Below are positions 36,001-46,400 of a DNA stretch of 62,426 bases, one piece after another; the first letter of the stretch is position 1, and each line of letters starts with the position of its first letter. The DNA lies in assembly GCA_007695125.1 (NCBI GenBank), contig REEJ01000307.1, positions 1-62,426 of the forward strand, in the 5' to 3' direction. The position numbers and the translations under genes are program-made. The stretch comes from Trueperaceae bacterium (GTDB lineage Bacteria; Deinococcota; Deinococci; Deinococcales; Trueperaceae). The notes under the pieces were generated by a model, which saw nothing but the letters and a program-made list of their open reading frames with translations, was not told the origin of the DNA and did not search any database.

Positions 36001-36516
36001 CTCTACCTGCTGCTGCCCGTGCCGCTCGCGCTGGTCGGCGCGTTCTGGCTGTTCTTCCTGACCAACTCGCCGCTCGACGTGATCAGCGTGCTCGGCGTGG
36101 TGATCCTGATCGGCCTCGTGACGAAGAACGCGATCTTGCTGCTCGACGTCGTCGTCAGCCAGATGGAGCGGGCCGAGACGCTCAAGCAGGCCCTGGTGCG
36201 CGCCGGATCGCTGCGCCTACGGCCGATCCTGATGACGGCCTTCACGGTGGTGATCATCTCGGTGCCGCTGCTCGCCGGCGTCGGTGAGGGGACCGAGTTC
36301 CGCCAACCACTCGGCCTCGTGATCCTGGGCGGTGTCGTGTCGTCGACGTTCCTCACGCTGTTCGTGGTGCCTGCGGCGTTCTACCGTTTCGAGCGCACCC
36401 GCTACGATCCACCGGCGCCGGTACCCGCCAGCGCGGCGTCCGGCGGACCGCTCGGTGGAGCGCCGGACGCGCCGGTCGGCGGCGCGTCCGGTGACACGGC
36501 CGCCCGACCGGCCTGA
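33061..36516 (+). CDS. RND (AcrB/HAE-type) inner-membrane efflux transporter with a ~105-aa insertion between TM6 and TM7
   Basis: 1151 aa. GTG at 33061 (GTGA overlap). ACR_tran-like motifs (VVDDSIVIAENI, GLVTKNAILLLD). Extra hydrophobic segment at aa ~490-595. Confidence 0.9.
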   Translation: MNRLIAFFVERFVFAIAIFLAVVFFGLSAGTQLGVDLLPEFEFPIVAINTSYPGAGSAETASQVSEPIEDAVATLAGITDVSSISGEGFSLVIAQFEFDVSVDQAAIDVKQRVDQVQPTLPDDAGAPVIQKFDPADQPILTIALSAPGVDLQDVQRVAADEIETRIQQVLGVAAVSTIGPVSRELQVLLDPARLQALGLTPAQVAGAIRAASVTLPAGGLELGAERLLLSVRAQQRTGDDVANAFVDPARGVLVRDVATVRDTIADATRFVRLDGEPTVLLEVRKTSGANSVATGRAVRAALERVELPAGYSAEIVGDTTVFIANSVFDTMRETLLAVAAVAFIVLLFVGRLGSTFSVVLAIPITITGAVILFGLLGFTFNVVTLLAITVAVGLVVDDSIVIAENIDRYRALGYGLKESVLKGAGEVATAVLTSTLSLLAVFVPIAFLPGVIGQFFSQFGLSLAATIGVSYLEAMFFLTVRLAYMPNPMPPSWRAFPAALRAVPRDLLWCLALWRRRRVWALVLLAGTAAPYAAAEGWLGGRALEATTPWWGAVALGTAVSLALALLLPPLAGVVRALLRIVWGLVGGLLLVLHQATDALVVAGRERYARALGWMLDRSTAVLVAAALMVASLGVIFPSINFNFVSEVDVGQVAVRVDMPPGTPLGRTDDVAARLEAVARADRDVGTVITTVGTGGTFGNPNVQRADIQLELVPLAQRGASSFEVADRLQPLLAAAIADVPEARLRVGSDDGGAVPVDTGIEIVLESADLALLEQRDRAARELMEDHPWLRNVRSTLEGSVSERVFVVSSAAVAGTGLTTNDIANTLRAYNVGVSAGTLRDAGDETPIVVKVDPALVRDEQTLLSLPIFASALQSFVTLGQLGTFEVQAAPVTIRRANQAYVASLAADLSSASPGQFQTRQAIEELLAAEGIVDDSVRVTTGLGPDLLGDLVFYGPIAFALAIVLNYLVIASQFNSFRYPLYLLLPVPLALVGAFWLFFLTNSPLDVISVLGVVILIGLVTKNAILLLDVVVSQMERAETLKQALVRAGSLRLRPILMTAFTVVIISVPLLAGVGEGTEFRQPLGLVILGGVVSSTFLTLFVVPAAFYRFERTRYDPPAPVPASAASGGPLGGAPDAPVGGASGDTAARPA

Positions 36517-36535
36517 GCCTGAACCTAGAGCGCCG

Positions 36536-38548
36536 TCAGAACACGCGCCCCAGCAGCGGGGCGATCGTCAGGCTGACGATGGCCATGAGCTTGATCAGGA
36601 TGTTGAGCGACGGCCCGGACGTGTCCTTCAGCGGATCGCCGACCGTGTCGCCCACGACGGTGGCGGCGTGGACCTCGGAGCCCTTGCCGCCCAGGTTGCC
36701 ATCCTCGACGTACTTCTTGGCGTTGTCCCAGGCGCCACCCGCGTTCGCCATGGTGAGCGCCAAGAGGACGCTCGCGATCAGCGCGCCGCCCAGCATGCCG
36801 CCGAGCACGACGGGGCCGAACACGAAGCCGACCACCACCGGCGCGACCACCGCGATGGCGCCCGGCAGGATCATCTTGCGCAGGGCCGCGTCCGTGGCGA
36901 TGCCGACGCAGCGCTCGGTGTCGGGCGTGCCCGTCCCCGTGAGCAAGCCCGGGATCTCGCGGAACTGGCGGCGGATCTCCTCGATCATCGCGAAGGCCGC
37001 GTCCCCCACGGCCGTCATCGTCAGCGACGCCACCAGGAACGGGATGGTGCCGCCGATCAGCATGCCCAGCAGCACGTTCGGGTCGCCGAGCGAGAGCGCG
37101 AAGTCGGGGATCGTCACGTGCAGCGTCTGGATGTACGCGGCGATGATCGTGAGTGCGGCGAGGGCCGCCGAGCCGATCGCGAAACCCTTGCCGATGGCCG
37201 CGGTGGTGTTGCCGAGCGAATCGAGCGAGTCGGTCACGGCGCGCGTCTCTGCGCCCAGGCCGCCGAGTTCGGCGATGCCGCCGGCGTTGTCGGCGATGGG
37301 GCCGAAGCCGTCGATCGCCATCGTCATGCCGACGGTGCCGAGCATGCCGACGGCCGCGATGCCGACGCCGTACAGGCCGGCGAGTTGGCTGGCGACGAGG
37401 ATGATCAGCGCCATCGTCAGCACGGGCACGACCACGGACTGCAAGCCCAGCGCCAGCCCGGCGATGATCACCGTGGCGGCACCGGTCTTGCCCGACTCCG
37501 CCAGATGCTTCACGGGGATGCCGCCGGTGTACCACTCGGTCGTGAGGCCGATGACGATGCCACCGAGCGAACCGGCCAGGACCGACCACCACACGCCCAT
37601 CGCCACGTCGAGCCAGGTGACGACGAGCAGCGCAGCCAGCACGAACAGCACGGCGGCGCCGATCGTGCCGGTGCGCAGGGCCGCGGCCGGGGCGCGCTTC
37701 GCCGCCGAGCGCACGAGCAGGATGCCCGCCACGGAGCACAGCAGCCCGACCGAGGCGAGCGCGAGCGGCAGGAACATCAGCGCGGAGCGATCGCCGAGGG
37801 TGGCGAGCGTGCCCGCGCCGAGGGTGGCGGCGATGGCGATGGTGGCGATGATCGAGCCCACGTTGGATTCGAAGATGTCGCCGCCCATGCCGGCGACGTC
37901 GCCGACGTTGTCGCCCACCAGGTCGGCGATCACGCCCGGGTTGCGGGGGTCGTCCTCGGGGATGCCGGCCTCGATCTTGCCGACGAGGTCGGCGCCGACG
38001 TCGGCACTCTTGGTGTAGATGCCACCGCCGACGCGGAAGAACAGCGCGACGGCCGAGGCGCCGACACCGAAGCTCTGCACGGTGACCGCCGCGGCCTCGT
38101 TCAGGCCGAACACCAAGAAGACGAAGCCGAGGCCGACCAAGCCGAGCGAGGCGACCAGGAGCCCCATCACCGAGCCGCCGAAGAGCGCCGTCGAGAGGGC
38201 CGCCGCTGCGCCACGTTCGTGCGCGGCCGTGGTGGTGCGCACGTTCGCCTTGGTGGCGGAGACCATCCCGAAGAAGCCGGCGACGGCCGATGCGCTCGCG
38301 CCCAACACGAAGGACAGCGCCGAACCCCACCCGAGCGAGAGCCACAGCAGCGCCGCGACGATGACGCCGAAGATGCCGAGCAAGACGAGCTCGCGCCGCA
38401 TGAAGGTCATCGCGCCCAGGTAGATCTGATCGGAGATCGCGGTGAGCGCCGCCTCACCGCGGGGCATGGCGACCATGGTGCGATACAGGGCGTAGGCGAT
38501 CCCGAGCCCGATCAGACCGACGACGAACGGGATGACGACACTGGGCAT
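36536..38548 (-). CDS. hppA: Membrane-integral pyrophosphatase, K+-dependent subtype, copy 1
   Basis: ATG at 38548 preceded by GGAGGTG. Motifs [75 protein letters not shown] and [11 protein letters not shown]. Confidence 0.93.
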   Translation of the reverse strand: MPSVVIPFVVGLIGLGIAYALYRTMVAMPRGEAALTAISDQIYLGAMTFMRRELVLLGIFGVIVAALLWLSLGWGSALSFVLGASASAVAGFFGMVSATKANVRTTTAAHERGAAAALSTALFGGSVMGLLVASLGLVGLGFVFLVFGLNEAAAVTVQSFGVGASAVALFFRVGGGIYTKSADVGADLVGKIEAGIPEDDPRNPGVIADLVGDNVGDVAGMGGDIFESNVGSIIATIAIAATLGAGTLATLGDRSALMFLPLALASVGLLCSVAGILLVRSAAKRAPAAALRTGTIGAAVLFVLAALLVVTWLDVAMGVWWSVLAGSLGGIVIGLTTEWYTGGIPVKHLAESGKTGAATVIIAGLALGLQSVVVPVLTMALIILVASQLAGLYGVGIAAVGMLGTVGMTMAIDGFGPIADNAGGIAELGGLGAETRAVTDSLDSLGNTTAAIGKGFAIGSAALAALTIIAAYIQTLHVTIPDFALSLGDPNVLLGMLIGGTIPFLVASLTMTAVGDAAFAMIEEIRRQFREIPGLLTGTGTPDTERCVGIATDAALRKMILPGAIAVVAPVVVGFVFGPVVLGGMLGGALIASVLLALTMANAGGAWDNAKKYVEDGNLGGKGSEVHAATVVGDTVGDPLKDTSGPSLNILIKLMAIVSLTIAPLLGRVF

Positions 38549-38770
38549 CAGGACACCTCCGGCGGAGGTGGCCTCACCGCGACGCGGGCTCCAGGACGTC
38601 TCGAGGTGCGGACGCGCGCTGGGCGCCGGGGCGGCCGCCATCCGCGGCACACGCCACCAGGGTACCGCCGACGCTAGGGTACGTTTATCCCGTCAGGCAC
38701 GATGCGCGCGCCGCCCCGCACGGGCTTGTGATGCCCTGCACGTGAGCGACGCGCGATTCCGCTCCCGCGG

Positions 38771-40777
<2,007 letters not shown>

Positions 40778-40975
40778 GAAACCTCCAGGGGCTGCAACCG
40801 AACGCGGACCGAGCGAGCGAGGCACGCGTTCCAGCTCGCGCAAGGCGCTTATGGGGTGATGTGCGCGGCGAGCATACCCCACGGGCTCCGCGGGGTGCAC
40901 GTGTGATCACGTTGTCGGTGTGGAACGCTGGTTCGAACGCTCGAGAAGCGCGCCTGACGGCGTGGCGGCGGGCTA

Positions 40976-41008
40976 CCGGGCCTCTGCCGGGCCTCTGCCG
41001 GGCCTCTT
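40976..41008. repeat. Tandem 11-nt repeat, three units
   Basis: CCGGGCCTCTG, CCGGGCCTCTG, CCGGGCCTCTT. The last unit forms GGGCC-tcttc-GGCCC with the following bases. Confidence 0.7.
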
Positions 41009-41104
41009 CGGCCCCAACGAGCATCATACGGCCAACCCACCCTCGTTCGCTGTGAACCGCGGTACCACGGGACACAAGACGGGACTGTACGCTGTGAGTC
41101 GAAA

Positions 41105-41281
41105 GGAGGTACGTGATCGAATCTCAGACGGATCACTTCCTTTCCGGCGACTCCCGCTAGCCACTCGAGGCTCGACCGGGATCCACCGCACCAACCGACG
41201 ATCGAACGGTGACGGGGACCCAACCGAGCAGGAAAAGGCAGCGGGCGTCGTCATGGTGTGCCGAGACCGTCACGTACCTCC
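41105..41281. other. Inverted-repeat-bounded ~177-nt non-coding element (candidate structured RNA or MITE-like relic)
   Basis: Perfect 12-bp inverted repeat: GGAGGTACGTGA (41105-41116) and TCACGTACCTCC (41270-41281). Nested 9/10 complementarity between CGACTCCCGC (41148-41157) and GCGGGCGTCG (41241-41250). A competing local hairpin lies at 41101-41144. Confidence 0.45.
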
Positions 41282-41293
41282 GAGCAGCCACCT

Positions 41294-42259
41294 TCAGACC
41301 ACGACCGACCTCGTGCCCAGCCGGCCCAGCGTCAGGGGCACCTCGCGCAGGTCGTGCAGGGCGCGCCGCACGGCGTCGTGCTCCCCGCCCGGGCAGCACA
41401 CCAGCACGTAACCGCTGATCTTGCCACCCGGGACTTGCGCGCGCGCGCCCGTGGCCTCGACGCGCGCGACCACGTCCTCGACGAACGGGTCGCTGAAGTG
41501 GCCGGGCAGACGCATCTTCAGGTGCTGCTTGGCGCCGATGCAACGGGCCACGTCCGTCAGGTCGCCGCGCTCCAAGGCGGCCTCGAGCTCGATGGCCAGC
41601 GCCTTGATGTCGTGCAGGACGGGCAGGGCCCGCTCGAACTGGGCACTGAGCAGATCGAGCGACGGCTTCGTGCGCGCCTGGCGACCGCTGGCGAAGAGCA
41701 ACAGCGAGCGCTCGAAGTCGCTGCGCCCCTGTTCCGTCAGCTCGATGCGGCGCGCCCGCACCGACGCCCCCTCGTAATCGAGACGCAGCAGGCCGCCGCG
41801 CGCGCAGACGTGGGGGTCGTGGTACCCCGACGCCCCCTCGAGCACCTCCACCTCGATGTGCGCCGCCATCTCGGCCACGCGCTCTGGCGTGAGCCGCTCG
41901 CCGCGGTACGTGGCCAGCGCCTGGAGCACGCCCACCGTGATCGCTCCCGACGTCCCGAGCCCGCTCTCGCCGGCGACATCGACCCAGATCGCCAACCGCA
42001 CGGGGGTGTCCGCCATGCCCGAGGCTCGCAGGGCCTCGCGCACGAGAGCGTGGCGCAGCTCGCCCAGGCGGGTGGCCGTCTCGAAACCGCCGGCGTAGTG
42101 CACCTCGAAGCGCCCGTCCACGCCGGGCAACACGCTCACGAAGGTGGACGAGCCGATCGTGCTCGACACGGTCACGCCGCCGAAGCGCTCGGCGTAGGCG
42201 CGCAGGTCGGTGAGGCCGCCGCCGAGCGGCACCCGCAGCGGCGTCGTGGCGACGATCAC
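41294..42259 (-). CDS. GHMP-family sugar kinase (HddA-like)
   Basis: GTG at 42259 overlaps the upstream stop (GTGA). Motifs TTPLRVPLGGGLTDL and GESGLGTSGAITVG. Confidence 0.8.
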   Translation of the reverse strand: MIVATTPLRVPLGGGLTDLRAYAERFGGVTVSSTIGSSTFVSVLPGVDGRFEVHYAGGFETATRLGELRHALVREALRASGMADTPVRLAIWVDVAGESGLGTSGAITVGVLQALATYRGERLTPERVAEMAAHIEVEVLEGASGYHDPHVCARGGLLRLDYEGASVRARRIELTEQGRSDFERSLLLFASGRQARTKPSLDLLSAQFERALPVLHDIKALAIELEAALERGDLTDVARCIGAKQHLKMRLPGHFSDPFVEDVVARVEATGARAQVPGGKISGYVLVCCPGGEHDAVRRALHDLREVPLTLGRLGTRSVVV

Positions 42260-42981
42260 GAGTCGATCTCCCACAGCTGGCGGACCACCTGGCGCACGTT
42301 CGCCTCGGGCGTCGGGTGCACACCGCCCAGATGGATCCACGGCGCGAGTTCGACGGCCCCGACGTCGAGCCCAGCGTCGACGAACGCCTGGAGGTTCGGC
42401 AGCACGCGGTACTCTCCCTGCTCGGCGCTCACGCGCCGTAGGCCCCGGGCGACGGCCAGCGGCACTCTCCAGGCGCCGGCGTCGAGCCACGGCCCCTCGC
42501 CGTCCCAGACGCGCAGCAACCGGTCGCCGCGGCGCGTGACCCGCAGCCGGGGGCTCTCGGCGTCGGCACCGCGCGCGATGGTCGCCACCGCGCCCGCCTC
42601 GTGGTCGAGCAGCGCGCGGAAGGTCGCGGCGCCCACGTACAGGTCGGCCAGCCACACCAGCACGTCGCTGGTGTCGTCCGGCAGGCCGTCGACGGCGACG
42701 CCGATGGCGTGCCCGGTGCCGAGCGGCTCGGCCTGGTGGACGTAGCGCAACGGAACCCCCTCGAACGCGCTGCCGAAGTACGCCTGCACCTGCGCGCGGT
42801 GGTGCCCCACCACGAGCGTGAGCCGGTCGCGCGACGGGTCGACGCGCGCGCCCTCGAGCCAGGCCCGCAGGGTGTGCTCGAGGAAGGGCCGGAGCCCGAC
42901 CGGGTACATGCACTTCTGGAGGTAGCGGCCGAGGTCGCCGAAGCGGGTCCCCTGACCGGCCGCGAGACACACGAACTCCAT
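42256..42981 (-). CDS. Sugar-phosphate nucleotidyltransferase
   Basis: ATG at 42981. Motifs LAAGQGTRFG and EPLGTGHA. Confidence 0.8.
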   Translation of the reverse strand: MEFVCLAAGQGTRFGDLGRYLQKCMYPVGLRPFLEHTLRAWLEGARVDPSRDRLTLVVGHHRAQVQAYFGSAFEGVPLRYVHQAEPLGTGHAIGVAVDGLPDDTSDVLVWLADLYVGAATFRALLDHEAGAVATIARGADAESPRLRVTRRGDRLLRVWDGEGPWLDAGAWRVPLAVARGLRRVSAEQGEYRVLPNLQAFVDAGLDVGAVELAPWIHLGGVHPTPEANVRQVVRQLWEIDS

Positions 42982-43094
42982 GGCGCGGACGGTAGCACGC
43001 CGCGTGCTCGCCTCAGGCGGCGACACCCTCACCGACGGCTCCGCCGTTCACGGCGTCGGGCCCGCCGGGCGTCAGGCCCGCCGGGCGTCGCGGC

Positions 43095-43673
43095 TCAACC
43101 GCGCGCCATCCGGGTGAGGGCTTGGACGGCGGCCGCGACACCGGCCTCGGCCGGCGCGGTGAGCGTCTCACCCAGGTCGAAGCTGCGCGCCGGCAGCGAC
43201 AGCGTCGCCGCGGCGGGCGAGCGGTCGAACAGCCACACCGTCAGCCGCAAGAGCCCCGGCACGTCGAGCGCGTGGCCCATCAGCGGCACGGCGGTCCCCC
43301 CGAGCGACCCGGCCGGGTGACGGCGCCAGGTCGGCCGCTCGAGCGTGAGGTCGGCGTCGGCGTCGACGAACAGCGCGATGTCGGCGTCCGCGAGCTCGTC
43401 GGCGAGCTCCGGGGTCAGGCCGTGGACCGCGCGCACGCGCCAGGCGACGCGGCCCTCGAGGGCGTGCGCCACCCGCACGCCGGCGCCGTCGTCGCCGCGG
43501 AGGTCGTTGCCGATGCCGTAGAGCAGCACGCGCGCACCCGGAGCGACGCTCGGGGCGACCCCGTCGATGGCCTCACGCTGGTGGTCGTCGCCCTCTCCGG
43601 GTGACGGCGCCGCTTCGGCGGTGTCGGGTGCCGAGGACGCACGCTCGTCCTCGGCACCGTTCCGACGGTTCAT
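43095..43673 (-). CDS. hoxW: Hydrogenase maturation endopeptidase
   Basis: Motif LLYGIGNDLRGDDGAGV. ATGA overlap with hoxH. Has a ~45-aa acidic N-terminal extension. Confidence 0.85.
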   Translation of the reverse strand: MNRRNGAEDERASSAPDTAEAAPSPGEGDDHQREAIDGVAPSVAPGARVLLYGIGNDLRGDDGAGVRVAHALEGRVAWRVRAVHGLTPELADELADADIALFVDADADLTLERPTWRRHPAGSLGGTAVPLMGHALDVPGLLRLTVWLFDRSPAAATLSLPARSFDLGETLTAPAEAGVAAAVQALTRMARG

Positions 43674-45115
43674 CCCCGCACCACCTCACGCAACAGCTCG
43701 CCGTCGGCGCTCTCGACGCGCAGCACCAGCGGCATCTGGCCGACGGCGTGGGTCGAGCAGCTGAGGCACGGGTCGTAGGCCCGGATACCGGCCTCGATGC
43801 GGTTGAGCGCGCCCTCGGCGACGTCCGGGCCCTTCACGAAGGCCTTGGCGATCTGGGCGATGGTGCGGTTCATGGCCAGGTTGTTGTGCCCGGTCGCGAT
43901 GATCATCTTCACGCCGGTCATCAGCCCCTGCGAGTCGACGCGGTAGTCGTGGAAGAGCGTGCCGCGTGGCGCCTCGGAGACGCCGACGCCGCGGCTGCGG
44001 TTGATGCCGGCGGTGGCGCGCAACGAGCCGGTGTCGAGCTCGGGGTCGTCGAGCAGCGCGCCGATCTGCTCGGCGCACGTCATGATCTCGATCAGCCGGG
44101 CGCCGTGGTAGTGGAACGAGCCGTGCGCGATGCGTCCGAAGGCGTCGCGGAAGGCCTTCAGGGCGGCGTCGGCGAGCGGCGTGCCCATGCGCTCCGTGAG
44201 GTTGATGCGCGCCAGCGGGCCGACGCGGTACGTGCCGGGCGCCTCGCCCGTGACGGCGGCGTCGCCCTGCGCACCGATGTGGTACGGCGACTTGAGGTAC
44301 GTGTCGGCATCGGCGACCTCGCCGATGAACTCGTCGTAGCGCTCGGCCGGGAAGTCCTCGCCGTAGCGCTCGCCGTTGGCGTCGATGAAGCGCAGCAGGC
44401 CCTCGTGGTGCTCCCACGTGCCGTCGGGCGACACCAGGCCGAGGTAGAGGCTGGGGAACACGCCGAACGAGGCGACTTCAAGGGGGTGCGCGGCGACGAG
44501 CTCGCCGTAGCGGTCCCAGGCCCAGCGGACGTCGTCCATGATCGTGGGGAACTCGGCGCGGAGCTTCTCGCGCATCTCCGGGTCGATGCCACCGCGAACG
44601 CCGCCGGGGACGGCCCAGGCGGGGTGGATCTTGCGACCGCCGAGCGCAGCGATGACCTCTTGGCCGAAGCGGCGCATGCGGATGCCGCGGCGGGCGATCT
44701 CGGGCTCGGCTGCGATCAGACCGAACACGTTGCGCTTGGCGGGGTCGCTGTCGAAGCCGAGCAGCAGGTCGGGGGCGCTGAGGTGGAAGAACGACAGCGC
44801 ATGCGACTGCAGGATCTGGCCGAGGTTCATCATCCGGCGCAGACGGCGGGCCGTCGGGGGCGGCTCGACGGCGAGGATGGCGTCGCCGGCCTTGGCGCCG
44901 GTCAAGACGTGCGAGACCGGGCAGATGCCGCAGGTACGGGCCGTCAGGGCCGGCATCTCATGCACGGGACGGCCGCGGCAGAAGGCCTCGAAGCCACGGA
45001 ACTCGGTGACGTGGAAGCGCGCGTCTTGGACGGCGCCGTCGTCGTCTAGGCGGACGGTGATCTTGGCGTGGCCTTCGATGCGGGTCACGGGATCGATGAG
45101 GATGCTCTGGGGCAC
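43670..45115 (-). CDS. hoxH: Bidirectional NAD(P)-linked [NiFe] hydrogenase large subunit
   Basis: N-terminal RIEGH and RTCGICPVSH. C-terminal DPCLSCSTH. Confidence 0.95.
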   Translation of the reverse strand: MPQSILIDPVTRIEGHAKITVRLDDDGAVQDARFHVTEFRGFEAFCRGRPVHEMPALTARTCGICPVSHVLTGAKAGDAILAVEPPPTARRLRRMMNLGQILQSHALSFFHLSAPDLLLGFDSDPAKRNVFGLIAAEPEIARRGIRMRRFGQEVIAALGGRKIHPAWAVPGGVRGGIDPEMREKLRAEFPTIMDDVRWAWDRYGELVAAHPLEVASFGVFPSLYLGLVSPDGTWEHHEGLLRFIDANGERYGEDFPAERYDEFIGEVADADTYLKSPYHIGAQGDAAVTGEAPGTYRVGPLARINLTERMGTPLADAALKAFRDAFGRIAHGSFHYHGARLIEIMTCAEQIGALLDDPELDTGSLRATAGINRSRGVGVSEAPRGTLFHDYRVDSQGLMTGVKMIIATGHNNLAMNRTIAQIAKAFVKGPDVAEGALNRIEAGIRAYDPCLSCSTHAVGQMPLVLRVESADGELLREVVRG

Positions 45116-45129
45116 GGTCCTCCCCCCTC

Positions 45130-45678
45130 TCAGCCGAAGCGGCGCAGCTCGGGCGCCAGCTCGGGTTCGCGTCCGGCGAGGAGGGCCTCGACGGCCGTGC
45201 GGATGCGCTCGGCCGATGGTGGGCAGCCCGGCAGGAACGCGTCGATGTGGACGACCTCGTGTGCCGCGAGCACGCGCGGCAAGAGCGCAGGCACCACGCC
45301 GCGCTCGGGGTCGGGCAGATGGCCGTGGAGTTGCGTGACGGCGTCCTTGTACGCCTCGGCGACGAGCACGCCCGGATCACCGAGCGGGTTGCGCATCGCC
45401 GACACGTTGCCGTGCACCGCGCAGTCGCCGAAGGACACGACGATCTTGCTGCGCTCGCGGACCTGGTGGAGGAGTTCGAGGTTGTCGCTGTTGGCCACGG
45501 CGCCCTCGACCAGCGTCACGTCGACGCCCTCGGGGAAGTCCTTGACGTCGGCGATGGGGCTGTATACGAGGTCGACGGCCTGGGCCAGGTCGACCAGCCA
45601 CTCGTCGAGGTCGAGGAACGACATGTGGCAGCCACTGCAGCCGGCCAGCCAGACCGTCGCGACGCGTGGGCGGCTCAT
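45130..45678 (-). CDS. hoxY: [NiFe] hydrogenase small subunit (group 3 type)
   Basis: Motifs [22 protein letters not shown] and LPGCPP. Confidence 0.93.
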   Translation of the reverse strand: MSRPRVATVWLAGCSGCHMSFLDLDEWLVDLAQAVDLVYSPIADVKDFPEGVDVTLVEGAVANSDNLELLHQVRERSKIVVSFGDCAVHGNVSAMRNPLGDPGVLVAEAYKDAVTQLHGHLPDPERGVVPALLPRVLAAHEVVHIDAFLPGCPPSAERIRTAVEALLAGREPELAPELRRFG

Positions 45679-46400
45679 GAGGGCTCCTTCCGCGCCGCCT
45701 CGAGGTCGCGGCGTGCGGTGAGGGTCGGCACGAGATCACGCCGCGGACGGCGTTCGGCGACCGAGGTCCCTCGCGAGAACATGGCGCCCGTGGGGCACAC
45801 GCTGATGCACTTGCCGCAGCCGGTGCAGGTGGTCGACTCGCCCCAAGGCGTGCCGAGGTCGGTGATGAGGTGCACCTCGCGGCCGCGCCCGGCGAGGCCC
45901 CAGGTGAAGGCCCCCTCGACCTCTCCGCAGGCCCGCACGCAGCGCGTGCAGAGGATGCAGCGGGTCGGGTCGTAGCCGAGGTAGGGGTGGCTGAGGTCGA
46001 GGGTCTGACGCGTCGCGGGCGGGTTGAACGAGACGTGGTCGACGCCGACGTCGGCGGCCAGGGTCTGCAGCTCGCAGGCGCCGCTGGCGACGCAGACGGC
46101 GCAGACGTGCTGGCCCTCCGCGAAGAGCATCTCCAGCAGCACCTTGCGGTGCTCCTGCAGGCGCGGGGTCGTGGTGTGGACCTCCATGCCCTCGGTGATC
46201 GGCGTGGCGCACGCGGGCTTCGGCTTGGGCGTGCCGTTGAGCTGCACCATGCACAGCCGGCAGGCGCCGTGGGTCGACAGCCCGTCGTACTGACACAGGC
46301 CGGGGATCTTGACGCCGACGCTGGCGGCGGCGGCCATCACGGTCGTGCCCTGCTCGGCCTTCACCTCCACGCCGTCGATGCTGATCGTCACCTTGGCCAT
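45675..46400 (-). CDS. hoxU: Diaphorase FeS subunit (NuoG-N-terminal-like)
   Basis: Start at the ATG at 46400 (1-nt overlap with the hoxF stop). 2Fe-2S and 4Fe-4S Cys motifs ([29 protein letters not shown]). Confidence 0.92.
   Translation of the reverse strand: MAKVTISIDGVEVKAEQGTTVMAAAASVGVKIPGLCQYDGLSTHGACRLCMVQLNGTPKPKPACATPITEGMEVHTTTPRLQEHRKVLLEMLFAEGQHVCAVCVASGACELQTLAADVGVDHVSFNPPATRQTLDLSHPYLGYDPTRCILCTRCVRACGEVEGAFTWGLAGRGREVHLITDLGTPWGESTTCTGCGKCISVCPTGAMFSRGTSVAERRPRRDLVPTLTARRDLEAARKEPS

Noticed and set aside
36332-38677. 781-aa plus-strand ORF (and the 606-aa minus-strand ORF 36525..38345) over the pyrophosphatase gene
   Set aside because: Both are shadow frames. Only the 36536..38548 minus frame carries the H+-PPase motifs.
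40788-40960. tmRNA/tRNA-like strings (GGGGCTG.. at 40788; GGTTCGAAC at 40930)
   Set aside because: The flanks of the TTCGAA loop cannot form a T-stem (GG is not matched by CC). There is no acceptor or CCA context and no tag reading frame. GGGGCTG is simply the complement of the hppA2 ribosome-binding-site region.
40976-41008. Possible CRISPR array or minisatellite
   Set aside because: There are only three contiguous 11-nt units with no spacers. This is far too short for a CRISPR repeat, and no cas genes are present in the window.
41113-41273. Calling the two facing micro-ORFs (15 aa plus strand, 38 aa minus strand) as genes, or the element as a c-di-AMP riboswitch
   Set aside because: The Shine-Dalgarno-to-GTG spacing is only 3 nt. 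The peptides have no recognisable family. The ydaO-like boxes are on the strand with no downstream gene, and the resemblance rests on my memory of a 10-mer. These points are kept as hypotheses in the finding, not as features.
43670-45115. Selenocysteine ([NiFeSe]) or programmed recoding in HoxH
   Set aside because: The ORF is uninterrupted, and the C-terminal motif is DPCLSCSTH with Cys. There is no in-frame TGA.
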